Shown one piece after another: positions 1 through 8,547 of a stretch of DNA of 64,000 nt. The position numbers were made by a program, and so were the translations under genes. The stretch spans positions 2,358-66,357 of the forward strand of contig CAZRXW010000001.1 in the NCBI GenBank assembly GCA_964604195.1. Direction: 5' to 3'. Each line of letters starts with the position of its first letter. Positions within the stretch are counted from its first letter, which is position 1. This DNA comes from an uncultured Bdellovibrionales bacterium (GTDB taxonomy: Bacteria > Patescibacteriota > Minisyncoccia > Moranbacterales > UBA1568). Below the pieces are notes generated by a model, which was not told the origin of the DNA, did no database searches, and saw nothing but the letters and a program-made list of their open reading frames with translations.

Positions 1-2
1 CT

Positions 3-1553
3 CATATTCCCAAAGGAGGTATTGTGGTCCGGGATGCCAAGAAAAATGAAGCGCTCACGCTTTTGGATGATACAGTGCTTTCTCTCTCCAAGGACGACAT
101 TGTCATCGCTGATAGTCGCCGCGCCTTGGCTCTTGCAGGAGTCATGGGGGGCAAACACTCGGGTATAAGCAGCGATTCAAAGTCTGTGGTGTTTGAGCTC
201 GCTCATTTTGATGCCAAGAGTATTCGGCGTACCGAAAAGCGCTATCGGATGCAGACGGATGCGGCCTATCGTTTTGAGCGCGGCATTGATCTTGGCCGAC
301 CGGGTGAGGTGATGGCTCTTTTAGCGGAGAAGGCTGCTCTCTGGGGTCTTGGTCATGATTTCTTTTACCGAGAGGTGGGGGTTAAGCTTCCTAAGCCAAA
401 ATCTATTACGCTCGAACTCGAAGCGGTGGCGAGTCTTTTGGGGGCTAAAGTACCACTTTTTGAAATCGTACAGTATTGTTCCTGGCTTGGTCTTTCGGTC
501 AAAAAACTTCCCAATCGCCAAGCGCTTCAGGTTACTCCACCACTGCGTCGACCAGATCTGAGCACCCCAGAAGATATTATTGAAGAAATTGGGCGAACAC
601 GCGGGTATAGCGCTATAGAGCCGCTCCCTCTTGCTCTTCCAGCGGTACCATTGGTCCGAGACGGGGATAAAGCATTTGAACGTACACTGAAACATACCCT
701 CGCTCATCTTGGTTTTGATGAAGTCATGACCTATTCCTTTTATAGCGAGAAGTCAGCTCTCGCGTCGGGATATGCTCCGACCGAACATTTGAAATTGGCC
801 AACCCCATGAATCCTGATCAGGCTCTCATGAGGAGAAGTCTTTTCCCGGGGCTTCTTCGAGCGGCACTCAACAATACTGCCCACTCAACCCGCTTCTCGC
901 TCTTTGAATTTGGCAGTGTTTATTTTCCCACTAAGGAAAAGCCCGATGAAGAGAAAAAAGTAGCACTCCTCTGTTTCGATCGTGAAAGCACTTCTGTTGA
1001 GGCAAGTTTTCTTGATTTCAAAGGACGGGTAGAAGCACTTTTTGGTCAGCTCAAGGTCCCGGTAAAGTTTTTGCCAGTATTGGTAGCGGTGCCGCGCTAT
1101 CTCGAGTCAGGGGGAGCCGCCAATCTTACTGTGCAGGGTGAAATTTTTGGAACGATTGGTATTGTAAAAGATGTTGCTATCCAGAAGTTTGGCAAGCGTG
1201 CTGTATTATTCTTTGTCGAATTTTCGGTCAAGACGGCCGCTGCTTTCCAAGAACAAGAGCGAGTCTTCCAAAGGATTGCTCGTTTTCCTATGGCAGAGAG
1301 GGATATTTCTCTCATTGGTCCAAAAGAGGTAACGTACGATAGGCTGCTTCAGGTTATTGAGTCAGCTGGCGCACCACTCCTGAGGAAGGTAGAACTGTTT
1401 GATGTCTATCCCACTGAAGAAGAAAAGAGCTTTTCTCTTCATCTTGGTTTTCAGTCTGATGAACGGACGCTCTCCGGCGAGGAGATGGATCGCTCTTTTG
1501 ACGCGATAGTAGCAGCAGCTGGGGAACATCTCAATATGAGATTAAAGCTTTAA
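3..1553 (+). CDS. pheT: Phenylalanine--tRNA ligase beta subunit (5'-truncated by window edge)
   Basis: ALAGVMGG, AAYRFERG, RPDL..EDIIEEIGR, NPMNPDQALMR motifs and C-terminal FDX-ACB (RFP..ERDIS, ELFDVY); frame is open to the window start. Confidence 0.97.
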   Translation, partial: HIPKGGIVVRDAKKNEALTLLDDTVLSLSKDDIVIADSRRALALAGVMGGKHSGISSDSKSVVFELAHFDAKSIRRTEKRYRMQTDAAYRFERGIDLGRPGEVMALLAEKAALWGLGHDFFYREVGVKLPKPKSITLELEAVASLLGAKVPLFEIVQYCSWLGLSVKKLPNRQALQVTPPLRRPDLSTPEDIIEEIGRTRGYSAIEPLPLALPAVPLVRDGDKAFERTLKHTLAHLGFDEVMTYSFYSEKSALASGYAPTEHLKLANPMNPDQALMRRSLFPGLLRAALNNTAHSTRFSLFEFGSVYFPTKEKPDEEKKVALLCFDRESTSVEASFLDFKGRVEALFGQLKVPVKFLPVLVAVPRYLESGGAANLTVQGEIFGTIGIVKDVAIQKFGKRAVLFFVEFSVKTAAAFQEQERVFQRIARFPMAERDISLIGPKEVTYDRLLQVIESAGAPLLRKVELFDVYPTEEEKSFSLHLGFQSDERTLSGEEMDRSFDAIVAAAGEHLNMRLKL

Positions 1554-1592
1554 ATAAGCCATTTATTTTGCTTTCTTGGCGTTAGTTTTCTG

Positions 1593-1621
1593 TTGACTAA
1601 AATTGTTTTTTGTGATATGAT
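1593..1621 (+). promoter_or_regulatory. Sigma70-type promoter of rnpB
   Basis: TTGACT (1593-1598), 17-bp spacer, TATGAT (1616-1621) with extended TG, just upstream of the RNase P RNA 5' end. Confidence 0.7.
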
Positions 1622-1870
1622 GGTCCAGTTGGAAGATCTTTTACAAAACAGGTTGGACTACTGCGCTACGGTGTGGAAAGTCCGGACATCGACCCTCTCA
1701 TTTTTGGAGAGGGAAGGGTAGTGGGTAACGCCCACACGTCGTGAGACGCGAGGTGCGAGCAGAGACGCTCATGGAATGAGAATTTCAGAGCCCTTGTCTT
1801 TGACAAGGTGAGTCCTCGTAGTGATATGAGGGGTGAAACGGCTAAATCCTTACTTCGATGCAAGGTCGTG

Positions 1871-1972
1871 TCCCGCACCTTTTCAGGTTGATAAAGATAA
1901 TTTTGGTATATACCAGATGACCGTCTTTTTAGAGAGATGGTTGTTGGTTTACGAGTCTGAAAAGGTGCGGGA
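1871..1972. mobile_element. Non-coding insert with 16-bp terminal inverted repeats in rnpB P15/P16 position (MITE-like)
   Basis: TCCCGCACCTTTTCAG (1871-1886) and CTGAAAAGGTGCGGGA (1957-1972) are perfect reverse complements and share CCCGCACCTTTT with the GIY-YIG element; mobility is inferred. Confidence 0.6.
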
Positions 1973-2022
1973 AGAACCGCAAAGATTTCTCTAGTAATAG
2001 AGAAGCAAGAGAAATAGTAGTC

Positions 2023-2310
2023 ACCCCGCACCTTTTAGTCTTGAGAGAGTTTTATGTACTATATGTACTGAGGAGCAGGCAAAAAGATATTTTCTATATT
2101 GGCTGTACTGAAGATCTTAAGAAAAGAATTCTTCAGCACAACAATGGAGAGTCTCGAGCCACAAAGTCCGCTGCTCTTTGGGAGTTGATATATTACGAGG
2201 CTTATACTTCTTTAAGTTTAGCGAGACGTCGTGAGTTGAGGTTAAAACATCATGGAAAAGGTTTAGCTGAACTCAAAAAGAGAGTTATTGAAGACTAAAA
2301 GGTGCGGGGT
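2023..2310 (+). mobile_element. Inverted-repeat-bounded GIY-YIG element in rnpB P19 position
   Basis: ACCCCGCACCTTTTAGTCTT (2023-2042) / AAGACTAAAAGGTGCGGGGT (2291-2310) perfect 20-bp IR, lying exactly between the P2 3' strand and ACAGAA. Confidence 0.75.
2041..2298 (+). CDS. Small GIY-YIG nuclease family protein (inside rnpB)
   Basis: YVL..YIG, KRILQH, YYEAY, RRE..LK motifs; 85 aa; stop codon lies inside the right inverted repeat; start codon uncertain. Confidence 0.88.
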   Translation: MREFYVLYVLRSRQKDIFYIGCTEDLKKRILQHNNGESRATKSAALWELIYYEAYTSLSLARRRELRLKHHGKGLAELKKRVIED

Positions 2311-2372
2311 ACAGAATCCGGCTTATAGACCTGTTTTGTAAAAGTGCTTTCAATTATTAGTTATTCAAGCTT

Positions 2373-3788
2373 GTGAAACGATCAGAAATCTATTTTGGTG
2401 CCCTGCAGCTCCCGGTGGATTTCGTGATGATACTGTTGGCGGCCGCCTCCGCTTATTTTTTGCGTGGCACAGAATTTTTTCAGCCGTACGTTTCGCGAGT
2501 GTTCAACCTGGCCTTTGATGATTATTTTCGGTTTGCACTCACGGTAGCACCACTCTTCATCGTTATTTTGGCGATCGAAGGATTGTACCGTATGCGGGTC
2601 ACTCGTCGTTTGTGGCAAGAACTCTATGGGGTGACCAAGGCTATTACGATTGGTCTCATCATTCTCATGATTGCGGTATTCCTCCAGCGAGAATGGTTTT
2701 CGTCACGCTTTGTTATCCTGGTCTCTTGGTTTTTGGCAGTGGTCTATGTTGTTTTTGCTCGTTTTCTCTTGCAGCGCGTACAGCGTTGGTTTCTTATTCA
2801 TCGGGGAGTAGGAGTACACAGACTTCTCCTTATTGGGACCAATCAACGCATGTATGCTCTCAAGAAGCTGCTCACCCGAGATAAGACACTTGGCTACCGA
2901 GTAGTTGATCATATTGATACGGCGAGCGTGACGAGAGTCAAAGAGATTCGTGCCAAAAAGGGGATTGATGAGATTGTTATTGGCGATCCGACTCTGACTG
3001 ATGATGAACAGGAGAAATTGTTTGACTATTGTCAGATCAACAATATTACCTACAAGTATTTCCCGACAACTCTCCAGACGCCACGTTTTGAAATGAAAAT
3101 TTTCAATGGCGAGCCAGTGATCGAATTTCAGCATACACCGCTTGATGGGTGGGGCAAGGTTTTGAAGCGAGCCTTTGATATCGTGGCGGGAGTTATCCTG
3201 ACGATTCTCTTTTCCCCAGTGATGCTCATTATTGCTCTCCTCATCAAACTTGAGGATGCTGGTGGTCCAGTTATTTATACCAACGAACGTATTGGTGAGA
3301 ATGGTGAGAAAATTCCTGTCTTCAAGTTTCGCTATATGCAGTGGAAGTGGTGTATTAATAAGGCGAATCCCAATTTTCAAGAGGCGCTGGCCTATGAAAA
3401 AGAGCTCATCGCCGAGCGCAGTCTCCGTGAAGGGCCACTCTACAAAATCAAGGATGATCCACGTAAGACGAGGGTGGGAGCGATTATTGAGCGCTATTCT
3501 ATCGATGAACTTCCACAGCTTTTCAATGTTCTCCGAGGAGAGATGAGTCTTGTGGGCCCACGGCCGCATCAGAAGCGAGAAGTGGAAAAGTATAGTGAAT
3601 ATCACCGTCGTCTCCTTACTATCAAACCCGGAGTCACTGGGATGGCCCAGGTATCCGGCCGCTCAGATCTCGATTTCGAAGACGAGTATCGACTGGATGT
3701 GTTTTATATCGAGAACTGGTCTCTTTGGCTCGACATCCTCATCTGCTTCAAAACAGCTGCCGCTCTTATCCGCCGCCGCAGGAATTAG
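2373..3788 (+). CDS. Priming sugar transferase (undecaprenyl-phosphate glycosyl-1-phosphate transferase, WcaJ/WbaP family)
   Basis: N-terminal TM helices; KRAFDI, FKFRYM, SIDELPQLFNVLRGEMSLVGPRP, KPGVTGMAQVSGR. Confidence 0.95.
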   Translation: MKRSEIYFGALQLPVDFVMILLAAASAYFLRGTEFFQPYVSRVFNLAFDDYFRFALTVAPLFIVILAIEGLYRMRVTRRLWQELYGVTKAITIGLIILMIAVFLQREWFSSRFVILVSWFLAVVYVVFARFLLQRVQRWFLIHRGVGVHRLLLIGTNQRMYALKKLLTRDKTLGYRVVDHIDTASVTRVKEIRAKKGIDEIVIGDPTLTDDEQEKLFDYCQINNITYKYFPTTLQTPRFEMKIFNGEPVIEFQHTPLDGWGKVLKRAFDIVAGVILTILFSPVMLIIALLIKLEDAGGPVIYTNERIGENGEKIPVFKFRYMQWKWCINKANPNFQEALAYEKELIAERSLREGPLYKIKDDPRKTRVGAIIERYSIDELPQLFNVLRGEMSLVGPRPHQKREVEKYSEYHRRLLTIKPGVTGMAQVSGRSDLDFEDEYRLDVFYIENWSLWLDILICFKTAAALIRRRRN

Positions 3789-3810
3789 AGAGCGCCTATA
3801 CGTAAGTCCG

Positions 3811-3836
3811 AAAAGTCCCGAGAAAGGGACTTTTTT
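3811..3836 (+). terminator. Intrinsic terminator (possibly bidirectional)
   Basis: AAAAGTCCC-gagaaa-GGGACTTTTTT. Confidence 0.75.
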
Positions 3837-3938
3837 ACTCCCATTTTTTGTATTTTTAAAATAACGCTATACTTTTCTAAGAGCGTCAATATTTACATTT
3901 TTACCCCACTTGCTACAGTGGAGTGTCACACAATCCTT

Positions 3939-4595
3939 ATGGACAAACGCCTTTTCATTATCCTCTTTGCTCTCGTCATCCTTCTTGTAGGTGGCTATTT
4001 CGCCTGGCAGAAGCAGCAATCAGTGACTACTCCGACACCGGTCGTCACTGAACCAGTGGTGAAGGAACCAGTGCCAGCCCCAACCGAAGAACCTATCGAT
4101 ACCTCTGACTGGAAGACCTATCGGAACGAGGAGTATGGGTTTGAGTTTAAGTATCCGAAGGAGTGGGCTATTAAGAAAACTACGACACCTGCCGTGTTTT
4201 ATCTAAGATCAGAAAAATTTCAACCAGTGTTTCTAGGGAATTTAGCGTCAGGGGAACCATTTTACTCAGATGGAGAGATAAAAGTAGAAATATTTACTAA
4301 TGTACATAACCTATCCATTCAGGAGAGATATTCACAGTTTGATGATATTTATCGTGCATATGCGAATGATCCAAAACTTTTGTCCACTTTAACGAACGTC
4401 AATCATAATGACTTGTTAACCTTTGAAACACATAGAGGCTTTGGCAGAAATTTAGATTCGGATGAATACCAAACAGTGAGAATTCTTAAAATCAAAGACA
4501 AAATCCTTCACTTCGACTACATCTCTCAGAATCAGCCCGATTCACGGGTCGAGCAGATTCTCGCAGGTGTAGTACATTCAGTGAGCGAGCTATAG
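3939..4595 (+). CDS. Membrane-anchored PsbP-like surface protein
   Basis: N-terminal TM helix, Pro/Thr linker, DTSDWKTYRNEEYGFEFKYP motif; ATG 3939 preferred over GTG 3918. Confidence 0.7.
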   Translation: MDKRLFIILFALVILLVGGYFAWQKQQSVTTPTPVVTEPVVKEPVPAPTEEPIDTSDWKTYRNEEYGFEFKYPKEWAIKKTTTPAVFYLRSEKFQPVFLGNLASGEPFYSDGEIKVEIFTNVHNLSIQERYSQFDDIYRAYANDPKLLSTLTNVNHNDLLTFETHRGFGRNLDSDEYQTVRILKIKDKILHFDYISQNQPDSRVEQILAGVVHSVSEL

Positions 4596-4646
4596 CCATA
4601 GCAAGCAAGCTGGTTCGTTAACAACTTTCTATGGAAGGAAAGCAAG

Positions 4647-6650
4647 ATGAGTACGCTCATCAAGTTGGTGCTGGTTGGGTGGCTTGTCTCGCTCTCCCAG
4701 TTCGCAGTGGCTGCTATGCCAAGTCTCAAGTTGCCATTCGATACGAGTGAACCCTGGCGGGTAAACAGAGGCTACGAGCAAGGCTGGTCTCACAAGGGGA
4801 AAGATCGCTACGCACTTGATTTTGCGTCTGGTGACTGCGATCGAACTTACGGCAAACCGATTCTGGCTGCCGCATCAGGAACAGTGAGGTCAATCGATAG
4901 AGTCGAGAAGCAAACCCCAACGGATTATCCTAGCTACGGGAACCAAATCATCATCGATCATGGTGACGGGTGGACGACACGCTATGCCCATCTGAGCGAA
5001 ATCGACTCCTCAGTCGCTGAGCATGGTGAGAGGCGTTTCGTCGTGCAGGGTCAGAAGATCGGTGAAGCGGGTGGGACGGGATCAGTTGAAGGATCGATGT
5101 GTACGCGTACCGATATCCCTGTTGGCGTCCTTGGAGTCCATCTTCACTTCGCCCTCTACTATAACGGTGATGGCGTGAAACCAGAGCCAATGAGTGGGTA
5201 CAGTGGATTTGCTGCTGAGACGTGGTATGCCTCCAACAACACCCAGCAATCCCCAGCCATGACCCAACCTGCTATCTCTTGTGTTTACGTGGCTGGAGAC
5301 AACCAGTTCTGCTGGAAGAGCGCCAATGCCACACCGGCCTCATGCGGGAAGGCAGTAGCGTGGATCCTCAACGACAACACTGCTCAGGTGTTGTACAACA
5401 AATCAGCGAGTGACTGCCCGACATACTGTACGGTCTCCAATAGTTACTGCAGAGATGTTTCCGGTAGCTTGAGTGTCGGTGGTTTCGGCTCCCTCTCCTC
5501 CTTCAACCTCAAGATCAACCGCTTCTGGGTGAGAGATGTAGCGACACAACTCGATTTGGTTTCAGGTGGTCACACCGTCCGTACTGGTCAAGCTCTTGAG
5601 GTGCGGCTTCAGCAAAAGGCGGTCAATGGCAATACCAACGACTACATGCGCCCCGGCAAGGATCGGGTCGAGACTGACCTTTACAACAGAGAAGACAGTG
5701 GTGACTGGCGTTTCCTTGGTCGGGAATACACCCAGGCTATCAACTTGCCGAAGGACGCTACCCACACCGAGCATGTGGTCTATACCGTCCCTCCTGGTGC
5801 TACGGAAGTGTGCTTCAAGGGGAAGATCGATGCCGAAGACGAAGCCTCCGAAAACAATGAAGGGGACAACTGGTCGCCGGTGGCCTGTTTCCGGGTCGAC
5901 AACAATCCGACGGTCAATTTCATTACCACCTTTATCGGCCTGACCAATACCCCGACCCCAGTGCCACCTGGGAGTGCTATGCGGGCCAGGATGGCCATCC
6001 GGAATGTTGGAACGACGGCACCTAGTGCTGCCATCAGGAGTAGCTACAGCTATCGACCACTCGGTTCGACAGGTCCCTGGATCCAAATCGCTGATGATGG
6101 CTCGGATCCATCAGATCTCGTGCCCAATCGAGATCACTGGGAGGAGACTCTTTCAGCGGTTACTGCTCCGCAAGTGCCGGGTTGGTACGAACTGCGTGGT
6201 TGCGCCGACTACCAGAACGCTGTCCTTGAATCGAACGAAACCGACAACTGTCTCACGACAACTTTTGAAGTCGCTGCCTACCCCGACCTCATCATCACCT
6301 ACATCGAGATTGATCCTTGGCCAGATCGGTCGATCCAGAAGGACAAGGAGCACCATCCTACCATGAAGATCAAGAACGTCGGTCCTGGACCGGTTACCTC
6401 GGGCATCCGGAGTGCCTACTACTGGTACGGACCCTCTACCGGAAATGTCTGGAGACTCATCGCTGACGATGGGACAGAAGCTCAGGAACTCTGCGCTGGT
6501 TGTGAGGTAACGGAAACCATGAGGAGTGGTTTCAAGGCTACCAAGACAGGAACTCACTACCTCAAGGCTTGCGTTGACTACCAAGGCAACCAACCTGAAG
6601 GAGATGAAGGAAACAACTGTCTTCAGAGTGCTCCCATCACGGTGAAGTGA
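4647..6650 (+). CDS. Secreted M23 family metallopeptidase with C-terminal CARDB-like repeats
   Basis: Signal peptide; H..DRYALD, YGNQIIIDH, TRYAHL, HLHF; three repeats ending in E.NE.DN-like motifs. Confidence 0.85.
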   Translation: MSTLIKLVLVGWLVSLSQFAVAAMPSLKLPFDTSEPWRVNRGYEQGWSHKGKDRYALDFASGDCDRTYGKPILAAASGTVRSIDRVEKQTPTDYPSYGNQIIIDHGDGWTTRYAHLSEIDSSVAEHGERRFVVQGQKIGEAGGTGSVEGSMCTRTDIPVGVLGVHLHFALYYNGDGVKPEPMSGYSGFAAETWYASNNTQQSPAMTQPAISCVYVAGDNQFCWKSANATPASCGKAVAWILNDNTAQVLYNKSASDCPTYCTVSNSYCRDVSGSLSVGGFGSLSSFNLKINRFWVRDVATQLDLVSGGHTVRTGQALEVRLQQKAVNGNTNDYMRPGKDRVETDLYNREDSGDWRFLGREYTQAINLPKDATHTEHVVYTVPPGATEVCFKGKIDAEDEASENNEGDNWSPVACFRVDNNPTVNFITTFIGLTNTPTPVPPGSAMRARMAIRNVGTTAPSAAIRSSYSYRPLGSTGPWIQIADDGSDPSDLVPNRDHWEETLSAVTAPQVPGWYELRGCADYQNAVLESNETDNCLTTTFEVAAYPDLIITYIEIDPWPDRSIQKDKEHHPTMKIKNVGPGPVTSGIRSAYYWYGPSTGNVWRLIADDGTEAQELCAGCEVTETMRSGFKATKTGTHYLKACVDYQGNQPEGDEGNNCLQSAPITVK

Positions 6651-6690
6651 AGCATCGAGGATATATGGGGGGGATTCTCGATCGATCTAG

Positions 6691-6727
6691 GACCCGGAGG
6701 TACCGTGAGTACTTGCCGGGTCTGTTT
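6691..6727 (+). terminator. Hairpin/terminator after M23 gene
   Basis: GACCCGG..CCGGGTC stem with inner aggtac/gtactt pairing, followed by TGTTT. Confidence 0.5.
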
Positions 6728-6784
6728 ATATTTAGAAAGTCTACAAACTTATTAAGAAATCTGATAGACTTTAGAAAGTCTGTT

Positions 6785-7222
6785 ATGACTGATACAAAGC
6801 TGAAGAGAAATTTAAATATACAATTTGTTGTAAGGGTGATTTTTTGGTCACTCCTGTTTCTATCCCTGATTTTGACGGTTAAGCGGGTATATATAGATCG
6901 AGATTTTGTCCTCTCTCAAGAAATAGAATGTGATCCTTGGACTGAGAGTTGTTTTACTCGGCTTTGCGAGGAAGACTGTGACACAGAGAAGGAATATTAC
7001 AAATTACAGACTGTCTCTGCGCGGTACATGTCAACGTGTGATCCCCATATTGAAGAATGTCCAGAAATTGACTGTAATGAAACTCCAACCTGTGAGATTG
7101 TTTTCTGTGATGAGATCACCGTGACGGATGGTGAATGGTGTACAACTCCAGAAACATATCATGGGGATCAATCTGAAGAGGGGACGGATGATCTAGAAGA
7201 GGATAATGCAATAAACCAGTAA
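6785..7222 (+). CDS. Cys-rich acidic membrane-anchored hypothetical protein
   Basis: ATG 6785; one TM helix then 10 Cys including two CDPxxExC motifs; acidic tail. Confidence 0.75.
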   Translation: MTDTKLKRNLNIQFVVRVIFWSLLFLSLILTVKRVYIDRDFVLSQEIECDPWTESCFTRLCEEDCDTEKEYYKLQTVSARYMSTCDPHIEECPEIDCNETPTCEIVFCDEITVTDGEWCTTPETYHGDQSEEGTDDLEEDNAINQ

Positions 7223-7229
7223 GATTGCT

Positions 7230-8522
7230 ATGCGCGTCCTCTTTATCTCCCGAGAACTTGGAGCTTCCGAGCTTGCTGTGGCCCTTCAACAGGAGGGCTG
7301 TGAAGTTAAAATGTTTGTCGATGACCCTGTAGTGAGTCACGGTCTTGATGGAATTGTGTCAAAAATTACCGACTGGGAATCTGAGTTGACATGGGTTGGG
7401 AAGCAAGGGCTTATCATCTTCGATGATACGGGATATGGTAAGCGTCAGATGGAATTACGAGCTTTGGGATATCGAGTGGTTGGTGGGAGCCAGGAAGCAG
7501 ATAGAATAGAGATTGATCGACTAGTAGGGAAACAAATATTTGAAGCGTCTGGTCTCCAGTCACTGACGACTTGTAGTTTTGATAACCTTGAGGAGGCTAT
7601 CCATTTTTTGTGTTCCCAGAACAATAAACGTTGGGTAGCAAAAGTAAACGGGGGCCACATTAGTTCATTGTGCTATGTCGGAGAAAATTATGACCAGAGT
7701 GATATTATTGGAGTATTGAGTCATTATCATCAGCAGGGAGTAACTCACGTAAATCTCCAAGAGCGAGTAGAAGGCGTGGAAATAGGAGTAGGACGCTACT
7801 TTAATGGATCAGATTGGGTTGGTCCAGTTGAGATTAACGTTGAGCATAAGTCACTTATGCCAAATAATGTTGGTCCCAAGACAGCGGAGATGGGTACACT
7901 CATGTGGTATGAAAGTGATGAAGAATGTCGCCTTTTTCAATCTACTTTGGCTCCGATGAAAGAATATCTGAGGAGTATAGATTTTCGTGGAGATGTAGAT
8001 ATTAATTGCATTATTCATGAAAATAATCTTTGGCCGCTGGAATTTACGGCTCGTTTTGGCAATCCTGCTACGGCATTGCAAATTGAAATACATGACTCTC
8101 CTTGGAGAGAGTTTCTTGGTGCGGTAGCGGATGGAGCTCCCTATGATCTTAAATTTAAGAAAGGTTACGGGGTCGTTGTAACGGTAGCAGTGCCACCCTT
8201 TCCTTACTATGTAGATGTCTCATCAGCTGAGACCTCTTTTGGTTTACCGGTAGTTTTTCGACAGTTATTGAATGAAAACGAATGGAAGCACTATGGCTTT
8301 GAAGAGATTGGTCGCGATAGTTCAGGAAACTTTTTTGTCGCAGGTAATCGTGGCTGTGTGGCGCATGTGACTGGTTTTGGTGAGACTATTGAGAAGGCTC
8401 GGGAAGAAGCCTATCAACGAGTAGGTAACATAGTGGTACCGAAGATGTTCTATCGGTCGGATATAGGGTTAAATTTTTTTGAACGAGAGCAGTCTCTCTT
8501 AAAGCAATGGGGATGGCTCTAA
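7230..8522 (+). CDS. Divergent PurD-like (GARS family) ATP-grasp ligase
   Basis: LQERVEGVE, EHK..GPKTAEMG, LEFTARFGNP, YRSDIG match PurD architecture; the canonical GGREHA N-terminal motif is absent. Confidence 0.8.
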   Translation: MRVLFISRELGASELAVALQQEGCEVKMFVDDPVVSHGLDGIVSKITDWESELTWVGKQGLIIFDDTGYGKRQMELRALGYRVVGGSQEADRIEIDRLVGKQIFEASGLQSLTTCSFDNLEEAIHFLCSQNNKRWVAKVNGGHISSLCYVGENYDQSDIIGVLSHYHQQGVTHVNLQERVEGVEIGVGRYFNGSDWVGPVEINVEHKSLMPNNVGPKTAEMGTLMWYESDEECRLFQSTLAPMKEYLRSIDFRGDVDINCIIHENNLWPLEFTARFGNPATALQIEIHDSPWREFLGAVADGAPYDLKFKKGYGVVVTVAVPPFPYYVDVSSAETSFGLPVVFRQLLNENEWKHYGFEEIGRDSSGNFFVAGNRGCVAHVTGFGETIEKAREEAYQRVGNIVVPKMFYRSDIGLNFFEREQSLLKQWGWL

Positions 8523-8547
8523 TTTAAAACCCCAGATCTTTTTCTAT

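Larger units (their letters stand above)
1638..2344 (+). ncRNA. rnpB: RNase P RNA, enlarged by two internal insertions
   Basis: P1 1638-1654/2328-2344; P2 GACTACT 1656-1662/AGTAGTC 2016-2022; GGAAAGTCCGG at 1675; P8 gtggg-taacg-cccac; GGTGAAACGGCTAAA..GATGCAAG; P18 with GTAA tetraloop; ACAGAATCCGGCTTAT at 2311. Confidence 0.93.

Noticed and set aside
1666-2031. 121-aa minus-strand ORF
   Set aside because: Antisense to the RNase P RNA; no protein motifs
2023-2310. Group I or II intron in rnpB
   Set aside because: The ORF fills the space between the IRs, leaving no room for an intron catalytic core; no GUGYG 5' end or domain V seen
5900-6650. DGR template/variable repeat pair in the M23 gene
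   Set aside because: Similarity is in-frame domain duplication, differences are not adenine-specific, and no reverse transcriptase is present
7230-8522. Calling the gene purD
   Set aside because: Substrate-binding motifs differ from PurD and there is no pur context, so the symbol is withheld
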